From: Phycisphaerae bacterium
GTDB lineage: Bacteria > Planctomycetota > Phycisphaerae > UBA1845 > Fen-1342
Assembly (NCBI GenBank): GCA_963675745.2
Contig: CAXXWX010000011.1
Coordinates: forward strand, 1 to 44,718
DNA length: 44,718 bases
Direction of reading: 5' to 3'
Numbering within the stretch: the stretch's first letter is position 1; each line of letters starts with the position of its first letter. The position numbers were made by a program, and so were the translations under genes. The notes under the pieces were generated by a model, which saw only the letters and a program-made list of their open reading frames with translations, searched no databases and was not told the origin of the DNA. Positions 1 to 9,145 of the stretch are shown in pieces.

Positions 1-1032
1 GGCGCCGGCGAGTTTCGTGAAGAGGCCCTGTGGCTGCTCGGGCCCGACGCCGCCGACAGATTCGATCGGCTGGCATCACGATCCCCCGAGGTCAACGACA
101 AACCCCACGACATCAGCGGCCACTACACCTGGCGCGGCGGCTGGACCGAACAGAGCGAGTTTGTGCTGTTCCGCTGCGGGCGCTTCATCCTGCACGCGCA
201 CTGCGACAACCTGGAGGTGCTGTATTCGGCCGGCGGCAAGGACTGGCTGGTCGATCGCGGCACGTACATGTACAACGATGACTGGCACTGGCGCACGTAT
301 TTCCGCCACTCCAGCGGACACAATGTCGTGTTGGTTGACGGGCGCGGCGCGGCCATCGCGCACCGTGCGTTCCGCTGGCTCCAGCGCCCCAAGTCCACGT
401 TCTTCAAATATCACGCCGATGAGCGGTTCGGCTTCGCCGCGGCCACGAGCCAGGCCTTCGGCCATTTGCGTCCGCGCGTGCATCATGCGCGTTGCCTGCT
501 GCTGAAGAGGGGGCGGTATCTGCTGGTGCTGGATTCGTTTGACGCGCATGTCGCGCACAGCTATTCGCAACTCTGGCACATCGCGCCGGGGCACGACGTG
601 GTGCTGGATGGTCCGTGCGCGGCGCGGACCACCGATCCACACGGGGCGAATCTGCACGCGTGCGGCCTGGCGTCAAACGGTGCCACGGCGCACGTAGCTG
701 TCGGCGAGACCGACCCGATCCGCGGCTGGCACAGTCGCGTGTACGGCCGCAAGGAGCCGGCGCCGACGCTGACGTTCACGACGCGCTCCGCCGAGCCCAC
801 TATCATGGTTGCGCTGTTTGCCACCGTGGCCGAAGCGAGTAAGCGACCCGCGCTGTCGCTGACCTTCGACGCCGACTCACCGGCGTGGGGCAAGCACGTG
901 CTCGTAAGAGCGTGCGGTCCGGGTTTTGACGATCAGTTGTGCTTGCCGAATCCGGGGCTGCTGACGGCGCGGCGCTTTCCGGCTGATCTGTTGTGGGTCG
1001 CAAGCGAGGGCGATAAAGTCCCGATATTGTGA
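1..1032 (+). CDS. Heparinase II/III-like protein, 5'-truncated by window edge
   Basis: Frame is open from base 1 (GAGEFREEALWLLG...SGHYTWRGGW) into ORF 163..1032. Motifs HAHCDNL, LVDRGTYMY, YFRHSSGHNVVLVDG are typical of heparinase II/III C-terminal domains in polysaccharide loci. Confidence 0.85.
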   Translation, partial: GAGEFREEALWLLGPDAADRFDRLASRSPEVNDKPHDISGHYTWRGGWTEQSEFVLFRCGRFILHAHCDNLEVLYSAGGKDWLVDRGTYMYNDDWHWRTYFRHSSGHNVVLVDGRGAAIAHRAFRWLQRPKSTFFKYHADERFGFAAATSQAFGHLRPRVHHARCLLLKRGRYLLVLDSFDAHVAHSYSQLWHIAPGHDVVLDGPCAARTTDPHGANLHACGLASNGATAHVAVGETDPIRGWHSRVYGRKEPAPTLTFTTRSAEPTIMVALFATVAEASKRPALSLTFDADSPAWGKHVLVRACGPGFDDQLCLPNPGLLTARRFPADLLWVASEGDKVPIL

Positions 1033-1100
1033 CAGCCGTCGGCCGCGAGCCTGGAACCGCTCCCGGCCGGGTTTGACCTGCGCTGTAGGAGTCTGTCTCG

Positions 1101-2342
1101 ATGCGGATCGCGATTCTCACACAGTATTTTCCGCCGGAGATGGGCGCTCCCCAGGCCCGGCTCAACGAACTCGCAATCCGCCTGCGCGCCTGCGGCCACA
1201 AGATCACCATCCTGACCGCCATGCCCAATTATCCGACCGGCAAGGTCTTCAAAGACTATCGCTGGAAGATCTTCAAGCGCGAAGAAATGAACGGCATGCG
1301 CGTTATACGCACATGGATTCTGCCGTCAAAGTCGCAGAATCTGCTGGTGCGCCTGGTCAGCTACATGTCGTTCGTGTTTTCGTCACTGCTGCTGGGTACC
1401 TGGTTCGTTGGCAAGCAGGATCTGCTGGTCCTGGAGAGCCCGCCGCTCTTCCTCGGGATGGCGGCCGCCCCCATGTCATGGTTTACCCGGTCAAAACTGG
1501 TCATGATGGTCTCCGACATCTGGCCCGATGTCGCCGTCCGCATGGGTGACATGATCGGCGGCAGCCAGGTCAAGATACTCGAGGCCCTCGAGAGCTGGTG
1601 CTATCACCGCTCGGCGTGTGTAGCGCTCACGAATCCCGGAGCCGTTGAACAGGTCAAGTCGCGCTTCCCGAAAATCCAGTGCAGTGTCATCTCGAACGGC
1701 GTCGACACCGAGTTCTTTCGGCCCGAGCTGCGCAGCGAGGAGATTCGCGCTGATTTCGGCATTCGGCCCGGCCAGTTCGCGGCGGGTTATTGTGGCCTGC
1801 ACGGGATCTTCCAGGGGCTGGAGGTGGTTGTCGAAGCCGCCCGGCTTTTGCGCGACCGCGACGATATCCGATTTGTCATGGTTGGCGACGGCCCGACCAA
1901 GGAAGGCCTGGTCAAGCTCGCCGGCGAGTACGGCCTGAGCAACATCGAGTTTCATTCCCGCCAGCCAAAGGACCGCATGCCCGGGATTCTGGCCAGCATG
2001 GATGCCAGCCTGATACCGCTGGCCGCTTCGTTGCCCGGGACGATGCCTTCCAAGATGTACGAGGCCCTGGCCGCGGGGGTGCCAGCGATCGTCACCGCCG
2101 GTTGTGAGGCCGAGCAGCTTGTGAAGCGCTACGACGTCGGGCGGCTCTTTGAGGCCGGCAACGCGCAGCAGGTAGCGGATGCCGTCCGCGAACTGGCCGA
2201 CAATGAGGATATTCGCGCCAGAATCCGAGCAAATGCGCTCGAGCTCGCTCAGCGCTTTGATCGCGGCAAAATCGCGCAGCGCACCGAACGCATCTTGCTG
2301 GCCGTTCACGCGCGTGAGCCAGTTCCGCAGGTAGAATGGTAG
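1101..2342 (+). CDS. Glycosyltransferase family 4 (WbuB-like)
   Basis: MRIAILTQYFPPEMGA, PNYPTG, DIWPD, VISNGVD, PSKMYEALAAG. Confidence 0.92.
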   Translation: MRIAILTQYFPPEMGAPQARLNELAIRLRACGHKITILTAMPNYPTGKVFKDYRWKIFKREEMNGMRVIRTWILPSKSQNLLVRLVSYMSFVFSSLLLGTWFVGKQDLLVLESPPLFLGMAAAPMSWFTRSKLVMMVSDIWPDVAVRMGDMIGGSQVKILEALESWCYHRSACVALTNPGAVEQVKSRFPKIQCSVISNGVDTEFFRPELRSEEIRADFGIRPGQFAAGYCGLHGIFQGLEVVVEAARLLRDRDDIRFVMVGDGPTKEGLVKLAGEYGLSNIEFHSRQPKDRMPGILASMDASLIPLAASLPGTMPSKMYEALAAGVPAIVTAGCEAEQLVKRYDVGRLFEAGNAQQVADAVRELADNEDIRARIRANALELAQRFDRGKIAQRTERILLAVHAREPVPQVEW

Positions 2343-2397
2343 ATAGCGACGCCGATACCCGGCGCGCCGTCGCTCTCGACCACCAGGACACCGAACC

Positions 2398-3063
2398 ATG
2401 CCCAAGCAATTCGATCCCGACAAAATCGAAATCCACGAGATGCGCCGTGAGGAGATTGGTGAGCTGGCGCGCTTTCATGAGGAGATGTTCCGCGAGTATT
2501 TCCTGACGGCGCTGGGACCCACGTTCCTGTACCGCTTCTTTCGCGAGTTTCTCTATCACCCGACCAGCCACGCATTCCTGGCCCGCGACAAGGCGAGCGG
2601 GCGCATCGTCGGCTACGTCGCCGGCGCCGGCGACACACAGCGGCATTTCCGCTTGTTCTATCGCCGTAACGCCGCGTTGTTTATCCCCTTGCTCGTGTGG
2701 CGATTCTTCGTGAACTCGATGGTGCGGCAGAAGGTGTGGCGGCGAACGGCGCACCTCAAGACCGCGCTGCGCTCGCTCTTGCCGGGTCAAAAGGGCGGAT
2801 CGAAGCCCATCAGCGACACGGGCCCGCAGAATCTATGCCAGGCGCGCATGCTGGGGCACGCCGTCGATCCCGAGTATCGCGGCGGCGGGGTCGCGGCGGC
2901 GCTCGTCGATGAGTTCATGATCTACTTCAAACGCGACGGCTTCGATCGCGTTGGGCATTCGACTCAACCAACCAACGCGCGTACCATCGGCTTTTACAAG
3001 AAGATCGGCTGGAGAATCGTGCACCAGAACGACACGGGCGTCTGGTTCGAAAAGGAAACCTGA
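2398..3063 (+). CDS. GNAT family N-acetyltransferase
   Basis: Acetyl-CoA motif AVDPEYRGGGVA and NARTIGFYKKIGW. Confidence 0.85.
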   Translation: MPKQFDPDKIEIHEMRREEIGELARFHEEMFREYFLTALGPTFLYRFFREFLYHPTSHAFLARDKASGRIVGYVAGAGDTQRHFRLFYRRNAALFIPLLVWRFFVNSMVRQKVWRRTAHLKTALRSLLPGQKGGSKPISDTGPQNLCQARMLGHAVDPEYRGGGVAAALVDEFMIYFKRDGFDRVGHSTQPTNARTIGFYKKIGWRIVHQNDTGVWFEKET

Positions 3064-3068
3064 TTACG

Positions 3069-4226
3069 GTGGGCACCGATTTAGTCAGCATCTACCCGCG
3101 GGCATTCGCCGCCGCTTTCGGGCGCGAGCGTGCCTTCGGTTTCTGGAAAGGACGAGTGGCGCTCCATGCGTTGCTCAGGGGGCTCGGCATCGGCGAAGGC
3201 GACGAGGTCATCATACCCGGCTACACCTGCGTGATGGCCGTCAACCCGATCACGTACGTCGGCGCCAAGCCCATCTTCGTCGATATCGACCCCGTCACGT
3301 ACAACCTCGATCCCAATCTGATCGAGGCCAAGCTCACGCCCAAGACCCGGCTCATCATCGCCCAGCACACCTATGGATACCCGGCCGATATGGGCGCGAT
3401 CATGGACATCGCCCAGCGCAAGGGCCTGCCCGTGGTCGAGGACTGCTGTCTCGCGCTCGGCTCAAAATACAAAGGCCAGACAGTCGGCACGTTCGGCGTC
3501 GGCGCCTACTTTTCATTTCAGTGGAACAAGCCGTACACCAGCGGTCTCGGCGGCATGGCCCTGGTCTCGGACACGGAGCTCGCCGACAAGATCGCGGCCC
3601 TGTGCGAGCGTGAGCTTATTCAGCCGAGCGCCAAGGAAGTGGCGCTGCTCCGCGCGCAGCTTATGGTGTATCGCACAGTCATCTATCCGCGCACAACCGC
3701 TTTGGCCCAGAACCTCTTTAGATTCCTCACGAAGAAGGGCCTGGTTGTCGGCTCATCGTCGACCTGCGAGTTTCAACCGACGATGGAGCCGGATTTCTTC
3801 AAGGGCATGAGCGCTATGCAGGCGGCGGCGGGGGCACGCCAATTGCGCAAACGCGACCGCGCCGCTGATCACCGCAAACGGCTGACGCGCATATACGATG
3901 AACTGCTCGCCGAGTGCGGCTGGCCGCTGCCGCACTTGCCGAAGGACATCGACCCGGTGCTGGTGCGCTACCCGGTCAGAGTTCGCGATAAGGCCAAAGC
4001 GCTGGCGACCGCCGCCGGCCACTTCGTCGAGCTCGGCAGTTGGTTCGAATGCCCCCTGCACCCGATCGAAACGCCGCTCGAGGCCTACGGCTACCACACC
4101 GGCATGTGTCCCGAGGCGGACCGCGCCTGCAACGAAGTCGTAAACCTCCCGGTTCACCCGCGCGCCAGCGCCGCTACCGCCCGCCGCAGCGTCAAGTTCA
4201 TTACCTCGATCGGTCCGGCGGAATAG
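3069..4226 (+). CDS. DegT/DnrJ/EryC1/StrS PLP-dependent aminotransferase
   Basis: GDEVIIPGYTC, PIFVDID, VVEDCC, FSFQWNK (catalytic Lys), VNLPVHP. GTG start 5 nt after the GNAT stop. Confidence 0.92.
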   Translation: MGTDLVSIYPRAFAAAFGRERAFGFWKGRVALHALLRGLGIGEGDEVIIPGYTCVMAVNPITYVGAKPIFVDIDPVTYNLDPNLIEAKLTPKTRLIIAQHTYGYPADMGAIMDIAQRKGLPVVEDCCLALGSKYKGQTVGTFGVGAYFSFQWNKPYTSGLGGMALVSDTELADKIAALCERELIQPSAKEVALLRAQLMVYRTVIYPRTTALAQNLFRFLTKKGLVVGSSSTCEFQPTMEPDFFKGMSAMQAAAGARQLRKRDRAADHRKRLTRIYDELLAECGWPLPHLPKDIDPVLVRYPVRVRDKAKALATAAGHFVELGSWFECPLHPIETPLEAYGYHTGMCPEADRACNEVVNLPVHPRASAATARRSVKFITSIGPAE

Positions 4227-4508
4227 CGCCGCTGCCGCCGCAGCGGCTCCGGCGCAACCCCGCGTGCTGTAACGGCCGGCGCCCCGCCGGCCGCCGTACG
4301 CAGCGTGCACCACCTCGCATCGACAGCGCCATCCATGAGACCCCGCAGCCGTCGTCCCATAAACACCAGCCGCCGGGCACCTGTATGCCCGATGCGCGGG
4401 CGGAAACTCGGTTCAACCTTGAACTACGCAGCCGTCGCCGGTAGCCTCGAATGAACAATGCGGCGGGTTCTGGACGCCGCGGGCATAAACGCTGCTGAAG
4501 GAGCGTGT

Positions 4509-5561
4509 GTGAATCGGCTGTTGTCAGCCTGGAGTGCGGTAGGTGGCCATGTTGTGGTCAGCGTGACGGTGCTCGCGCTTGTCGGCCCGGGAATCGCGCA
4601 CGCGGCTGATCGGTCTGTCGTTGCCGAAGACTTCATGAGATCGACCTGAGGGTTCTGCATCTACGCCGGCCGTGCGCTCGGCATCATGATCGACGCCCAC
4701 CCTGACGACTTCATCGCCCTGCAAGTTCACGTCGGCGATGACTGGGACACGAGCTGGGGCTATGCGCGGATGCACGAGTTTTACGGCGCGCCGGGCACGC
4801 CGGACGTCTGGTTTGACGGCGTCACCCACGTTCTTGGCGGCGTGCTCGATCTCCAGGAGATGATTCGGCTCTACGAAGATGAGTACACGGCACGTCGGGA
4901 CGTCCCCACCGACGTAACCATGCAGTTGACCGCCACGCTCCTGCAAGAAACGACATATCGCGTGAGCGCCCGCATCTGCCTGGAGAGCGACGGCGCGGCC
5001 AAGGACGTGCGCGTTTATCTATGCGATGTACTCGACCTTTGGCCGACCGGCGGCGCGCACCATCGTAATGGCCTGCGCCGCGCCCCGTACGAGCAGATCA
5101 TCAACTTGACGCCGGGCGAGTGCGTGATCGTCAGCCACGCGTTCGAGTTTGACATGACAAGCTGGATAGAGCAGGAAGACATGAAGATCATCGCCTGGGT
5201 TCAGCAACCGCTCGCAAGCGGCCCGGCGGTGATTCACCAGGGCGCGCAAATGGCCTGGCCGTTTGCCCCCGACTGCAACTGCAACGGAATCCCCGATGTC
5301 AACGACATCGAGAGCGGATTCTCATCCGACAATAATGGTGACGGCGTCCCCGACGAATGCGCTTTCACAGCCGGCGACATGAACTGTAACGGCGCGATCG
5401 ACAACTCCGACATAGACGCCTTCGTCCTCGCGCTGACCGCCCCTGAGGCGTATGCGACGATGCACCCCGAGTGCAGCCGCCACCTGGCCGACTGTAACCG
5501 CGACGGCCTGATCAACAACGGCGACATCGATCCATTCACCGACCTGCTCGTAAGCCGCTGA
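4509..5561 (+). CDS. Secreted Omp28/thioredoxin-like protein with U-x-x-C motif (probable selenoprotein) and C-terminal dockerin-like domain
   Basis: AAGGAG RBS then GTG at 4509 and a signal peptide ending AHA. ORFs 4458..4649 and 4686..5561 are in one frame separated only by TGA 4647-4649, giving VVAEDFMRST-U-GFC. Downstream are LQVH, GTPDVWFDG, IIAWVQ, then DCNCNGIPD...DEC and GDMNCNGAIDNSDIDAF / DCNRDGLINNGDIDPF. Confidence 0.82.
4665..4682 (+). promoter_or_regulatory. Candidate bacterial SECIS hairpin
   Basis: GCCGGC-CGTGC-GC(T)CGGC: 6-bp stem with a bulged U. The apical loop has G at position 2 followed by U and begins 21 nt after the UGA. Confidence 0.5.
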
Positions 5562-5591
5562 CACGCCTCACGCAACGCCGCATAATAAACC

Positions 5592-5688
5592 GCAGCGTCC
5601 ACGTCAAGTAACGTCCAGGTTAAGTAGCGTCCACGCCACGTAGCGTCCGCGTGCAGTAGCGTCCGCCCCCCGAGTCGGACGTTTTGTT
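5592..5688 (+). repeat. 16-bp-period tandem GTAGCGTCC repeats ending in a GTAG REP-like hairpin with T-tract (possible terminator)
   Basis: Units start at 5592, 5608, 5624, 5640 and 5656. The last unit is GTAG-CGTCCG-N10-CGGACG followed by TTTTGTT. Confidence 0.8.
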
Positions 5689-5744
5689 TCTCAAGCCCGC
5701 GCGCTCACAGAGCCACGGCCCCCATCCCCGTTGGCCGGAGCCCT

Positions 5745-5824
5745 GTAGCGGCCTGCGCCTCGCAGGCCGTCGACGCGAACCGGCGCTGCCGATCGGCGGC
5801 GTCCGGCGAGGCGCCGGCCGTTAC
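5745..5824. repeat. REP doublet (REPIN-like), family GTAGCGGCCTGCGCCTCGCAGGCCG
   Basis: Copy 5745-5772 and inverted degenerate copy 5797-5824 (5 of 28 mismatches). The same unit recurs at 27438. Confidence 0.85.
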
Positions 5825-5908
5825 ACTGATTCCCCTGGCCGATTCGGCGTAACTTGGAATGACCGCCGAGCCTCACGCCGGGCTTGCGTGAGATCACAGA
5901 CGGCAGTC

Positions 5909-6460
5909 CTAAGAGGCGGGATCTTCTGGACTTTGAACGAGACTTGTCCGCGTCCTGCACTCGGGGCAGCGGCCGCTCGTATTGCCGGTGAGGTTGTAGC
6001 CACAGCGCTGGCAGTGGCCACGAGGATAGCCGTGGCCTGCACGGCGAAGGGCGATGATCATGATCACACCGGCGAGGGCGCATGGGCCGCCGATGGTCGC
6101 AGCCCAAATGGCGCCGCTGAGCGCGGCGACGGCGGGCCATGGCGTGAGCAAGTCGTCAGGCTCGTGCGGTTGAATGGCGTCCATCGTGTAGCCGACTACG
6201 CCGTGCAGCAGCACCCACACCAGCAGGCCGACGAGAAGCACGCGTGCGCGCGGGTGATACCAACTGGCGCCGAGGAAGAGGATCAGCGGAAGAAGGTAGA
6301 ACCGCAGGGGCGGTAGCGCGGACATGAAGGTGTAGATAACTAAATAGCCGACCACGCCGCTGATGATCGCCGCCGCCGCGTAGGCGATGAGCACAGGTAC
6401 GGCGCGGACCGGGCGGAGTCGGCGTTCGAGCCAGCGGGCCTGGGTGGTTCGGCGTACCAT
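5909..6460 (-). CDS. Membrane protein with C-terminal Zn-ribbon
   Basis: About four hydrophobic segments then GHCQRCGYNLTGNTSGRCPEC. Start placed at ATG 6460 (uncertain); the ORF extension to 6793 looks non-coding. Confidence 0.75.
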   Translation of the reverse strand: MVRRTTQARWLERRLRPVRAVPVLIAYAAAAIISGVVGYLVIYTFMSALPPLRFYLLPLILFLGASWYHPRARVLLVGLLVWVLLHGVVGYTMDAIQPHEPDDLLTPWPAVAALSGAIWAATIGGPCALAGVIMIIALRRAGHGYPRGHCQRCGYNLTGNTSGRCPECRTRTSLVQSPEDPAS

Positions 6461-6863
6461 GCCGACATTGTAATCCGCATCGGTAACCCCGACCGCCCAA
6501 GTAAGCGCACGCACGCCACTCGCTCGGGCCGTGCTTGCCGCCGGGATCATAGCGAATCCCCGGGGTTTCTGATCGAAATCAGCAGCCCCGGGCGGTACAC
6601 TCGGTCTGGGCGCCTGGAGGTGGGCCGCTTCGGCCGCAATCTGGCGCGCAGATGCGGAACGCCGCAACGTTGGGATTCCGCGAGTAGTCAGTTGCTCTCG
6701 TGGGCGGCCGCCGCGCAACTGAATCAACCGGCGCTGCCCACACCAATTCCGCCTGTTTGGGAGCATGGCCGGCCCCCGCCGCGATCGCGGCAATACATCC
6801 AGGGTCGCCGCTCCATGTGAATGTTGGGCTTACAAAACGGGTACGTGGAATAGGAGTCGGACG

Positions 6864-8456
6864 ATGTACTATCGACGAAGAGCCCGTCGCACCTGGTTGC
6901 CGATGGCCCTGGCCGCGGCAGGCCTGCTGAGCGTTATCATCATCGGCGGGTGTCCGCCGGCCGAGCAGGCTCAGAATGATGACGCCGACGATCCGGCGCA
7001 GATCGAGGCTGATGCGGATGAACTCCTGTCAGAGATTGAGCGGAGGATGCCCGATCCGAACGCCGTGCCCACCTATACCGTCGCCGGAGCCGAGGGGCCG
7101 CCCGGGGCACTCTTCGGCGTGGGTATGGGCAATACCACGATCGGCTGGGTGCTTGGCGACATGTACGCCGACAGCCTGCAAATCACCGGCGTAGCGCTCA
7201 CACGCGCCTCGGGCGGGATGATCCTGCAACAGGACATCCGTGAAGACGGCACCAGGTTCACGTTGCCCGCCGGCGATACGCTGGATATCGCCGAGAACGG
7301 CGACGGCCTGCGCATCACCATGCAGCTCGAGGCGACCGACCCGCCATCGGTGATCGTGGCCGACGTTGATGCGAACGGCGAGCTGACGATCAACGAGGCG
7401 GAGTCGATCGTATATCTCACCGCCACCGCCGACTACGACCCCTTGCGCATCAAGCCGTACGGCCCGAACCCACTCGCCGAGAAGGCGTTGACCTGGGAGC
7501 CTGATCAGGGCTGGTGCACCTATCTCGGTAACGAACTGGAGTGGATCCTCGGCAAGGGTTGCGAAGCGTACACGCTCGTAACCGGCAAGGCGCCGACGAT
7601 TGCGATTGATCGTCTGTGCGTTGCGACCTCGAATTTCATGGACGGCTTTCAAAGCCCTGACGACCCCGTCAATTTCCGCCGCGCGGTCGCCGGCATGAAG
7701 ATCACGATGTTGGCGATGTGTGAGTTGACCAAGGCGGGCTGGTCGGTGGCGCGCTTCTTCAAGGGCCTCTCGCCGTGGGAGCTCGCCTGCCACGTGTTCA
7801 CACTGGTGTCGAACGCGTCGGTGAGCTATGACGGTCGGACACTCGCCGATCGCGCTTGCGGACTCTGGGGAGTCGGTCCCGACGGCGTCGGCGCGGGGGG
7901 ATCCAGCGGCGACGGTGACCCGGGAGGCGGAGATGACGACCCCAACGACTCGTCGGATCCCGGCGGCACCGGCGGCGATACGATTCCCTTAATCGGCTCG
8001 CTCGAATACGTGTACTACGAGAACCGGTACTCCGAAACGGGCGACTACTCAGAGACCTACTACATCGGCGATGATGATTTCAACCCGCAGAACGCCGAAC
8101 TCCAGGTCTATGCACAGGGCGGCACGATGTATATCGATTGGGACGCCGGTGCCATCGACTGGCGCGGGCGAGAGGTGAATGTCGAGCGCGTGTCGGTCTA
8201 CGACGGTGATCCGAGCATCCTGTGTGCCGGCGAGGTGCTCTGGAGTGCAGATGTTGCCGCCGGCGCCGACGAGATCCAGCCGCCGGTGCGTTACGGCGAT
8301 TGCGCGCGTGGCGACCTGGTCTGCGACGACGCCCCGCTACCACTGGATCCGCCGTGTGGCGACCAGCTCGACGTGTACATCACCTGGTCGGTCGACTGGG
8401 GCGGCGGCATATCCAAGCAGTACCTGGCGGCCGCAAACGTGCGCATTATCGAATAA
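6864..8456 (+). CDS. Hypothetical lipoprotein
   Basis: AGGAG RBS, ATG 6864, basic N-terminus, hydrophobic stretch and IGGC lipobox. Acidic beta-rich regions, a Cys-spaced middle region and a Gly/Asp linker follow. Confidence 0.8.
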   Translation: MYYRRRARRTWLPMALAAAGLLSVIIIGGCPPAEQAQNDDADDPAQIEADADELLSEIERRMPDPNAVPTYTVAGAEGPPGALFGVGMGNTTIGWVLGDMYADSLQITGVALTRASGGMILQQDIREDGTRFTLPAGDTLDIAENGDGLRITMQLEATDPPSVIVADVDANGELTINEAESIVYLTATADYDPLRIKPYGPNPLAEKALTWEPDQGWCTYLGNELEWILGKGCEAYTLVTGKAPTIAIDRLCVATSNFMDGFQSPDDPVNFRRAVAGMKITMLAMCELTKAGWSVARFFKGLSPWELACHVFTLVSNASVSYDGRTLADRACGLWGVGPDGVGAGGSSGDGDPGGGDDDPNDSSDPGGTGGDTIPLIGSLEYVYYENRYSETGDYSETYYIGDDDFNPQNAELQVYAQGGTMYIDWDAGAIDWRGREVNVERVSVYDGDPSILCAGEVLWSADVAAGADEIQPPVRYGDCARGDLVCDDAPLPLDPPCGDQLDVYITWSVDWGGGISKQYLAAANVRIIE

Positions 8457-8615
8457 AGACCCGAGCGGCAGCGCCGCGCCGGCTTATGGCATCGGCGATA
8501 GTTGTGTTGCCGGGTGCCATGTCGATGGCTGTTCGCATCGACATGCAGTCCGCGGAAAGGGCCCCGTCGGTAGGTGCGAGATACGAATCTCGCACCAGCG
8601 GACGGATGCTGAAAA

Positions 8616-9122
8616 CGTGTGCCACTGCTCTTGAGCAGTGCAGTTCAGGTAGACAGGTCATCCACGCGAACATCAGCGTATCCCGGCACGTCCCATCTGT
8701 GACGGTCCTCGCATGGTCGCGTGCCCGGCGTGCGTGTGGGACAACGCCGCTTAACAGCAGAGGCACCCACCAGAGCCGATCCGACTTCCGCGGGTTCTTC
8801 GTAGCCGCAAGTGAAACATGCACGCGTAGCAGCACTGCTCAAGAGCAGTGGCACACGGCGATATCTGCCGCTAGAAATAGATGACTGTCCCTTGCCGTCC
8901 CAGAAATAGGTGACTGTCCCTTGCCGTCCCGTCCCTTGCCGTCCCGGCGCGGCGTGCGTGTGGGACAACGCCGCCTAACAACAGAGGCGCCCACCAGAGC
9001 CGATCCGACTTCCGCGGGTTCTTCGTAGCCGCAAGTGAAACATGTACGCGGAGCAGCACTGCTCAAGAGCAGTGGCACACGGCGATATCTGCCGCTAGAA
9101 ATAGGTGACTGTCCCTTGCCGT
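8616..9122. repeat. Composite repeat patch: REP palindromes plus a 173-bp direct duplication
   Basis: CGTGTGCCACTGCTCTTGAGCAGTGC at 8616-8641 with exact inverted copies at 8832-8857 and 9056-9081. Direct repeat 8726-8898 / 8950-9122. AGAAATAGRTGACTGTCCCTTGCCGT occurs three times. Confidence 0.92.
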
Positions 9123-9145
9123 ACGTGTCCCTCGTCGTACGCACA

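Noticed and set aside
5592..5681. Mini-CRISPR
   Set aside because: A 16-bp period with a 9-bp core is far too short; it fits REP stuttering.
8518..8545. Perfect 10-bp hairpin CATGTCGATG-N8-CATCGACATG as an intrinsic terminator
   Set aside because: No U-tract on either strand, so a function cannot be supported.
8726..9122. CRISPR array
   Set aside because: The sequence between the short repeats is itself duplicated rather than unique spacers, spacing is irregular, and no cas genes are present.
8446..9144. Short ORFs in the repeat patch
   Set aside because: They are translations of the repeats themselves, with no recognisable domain.
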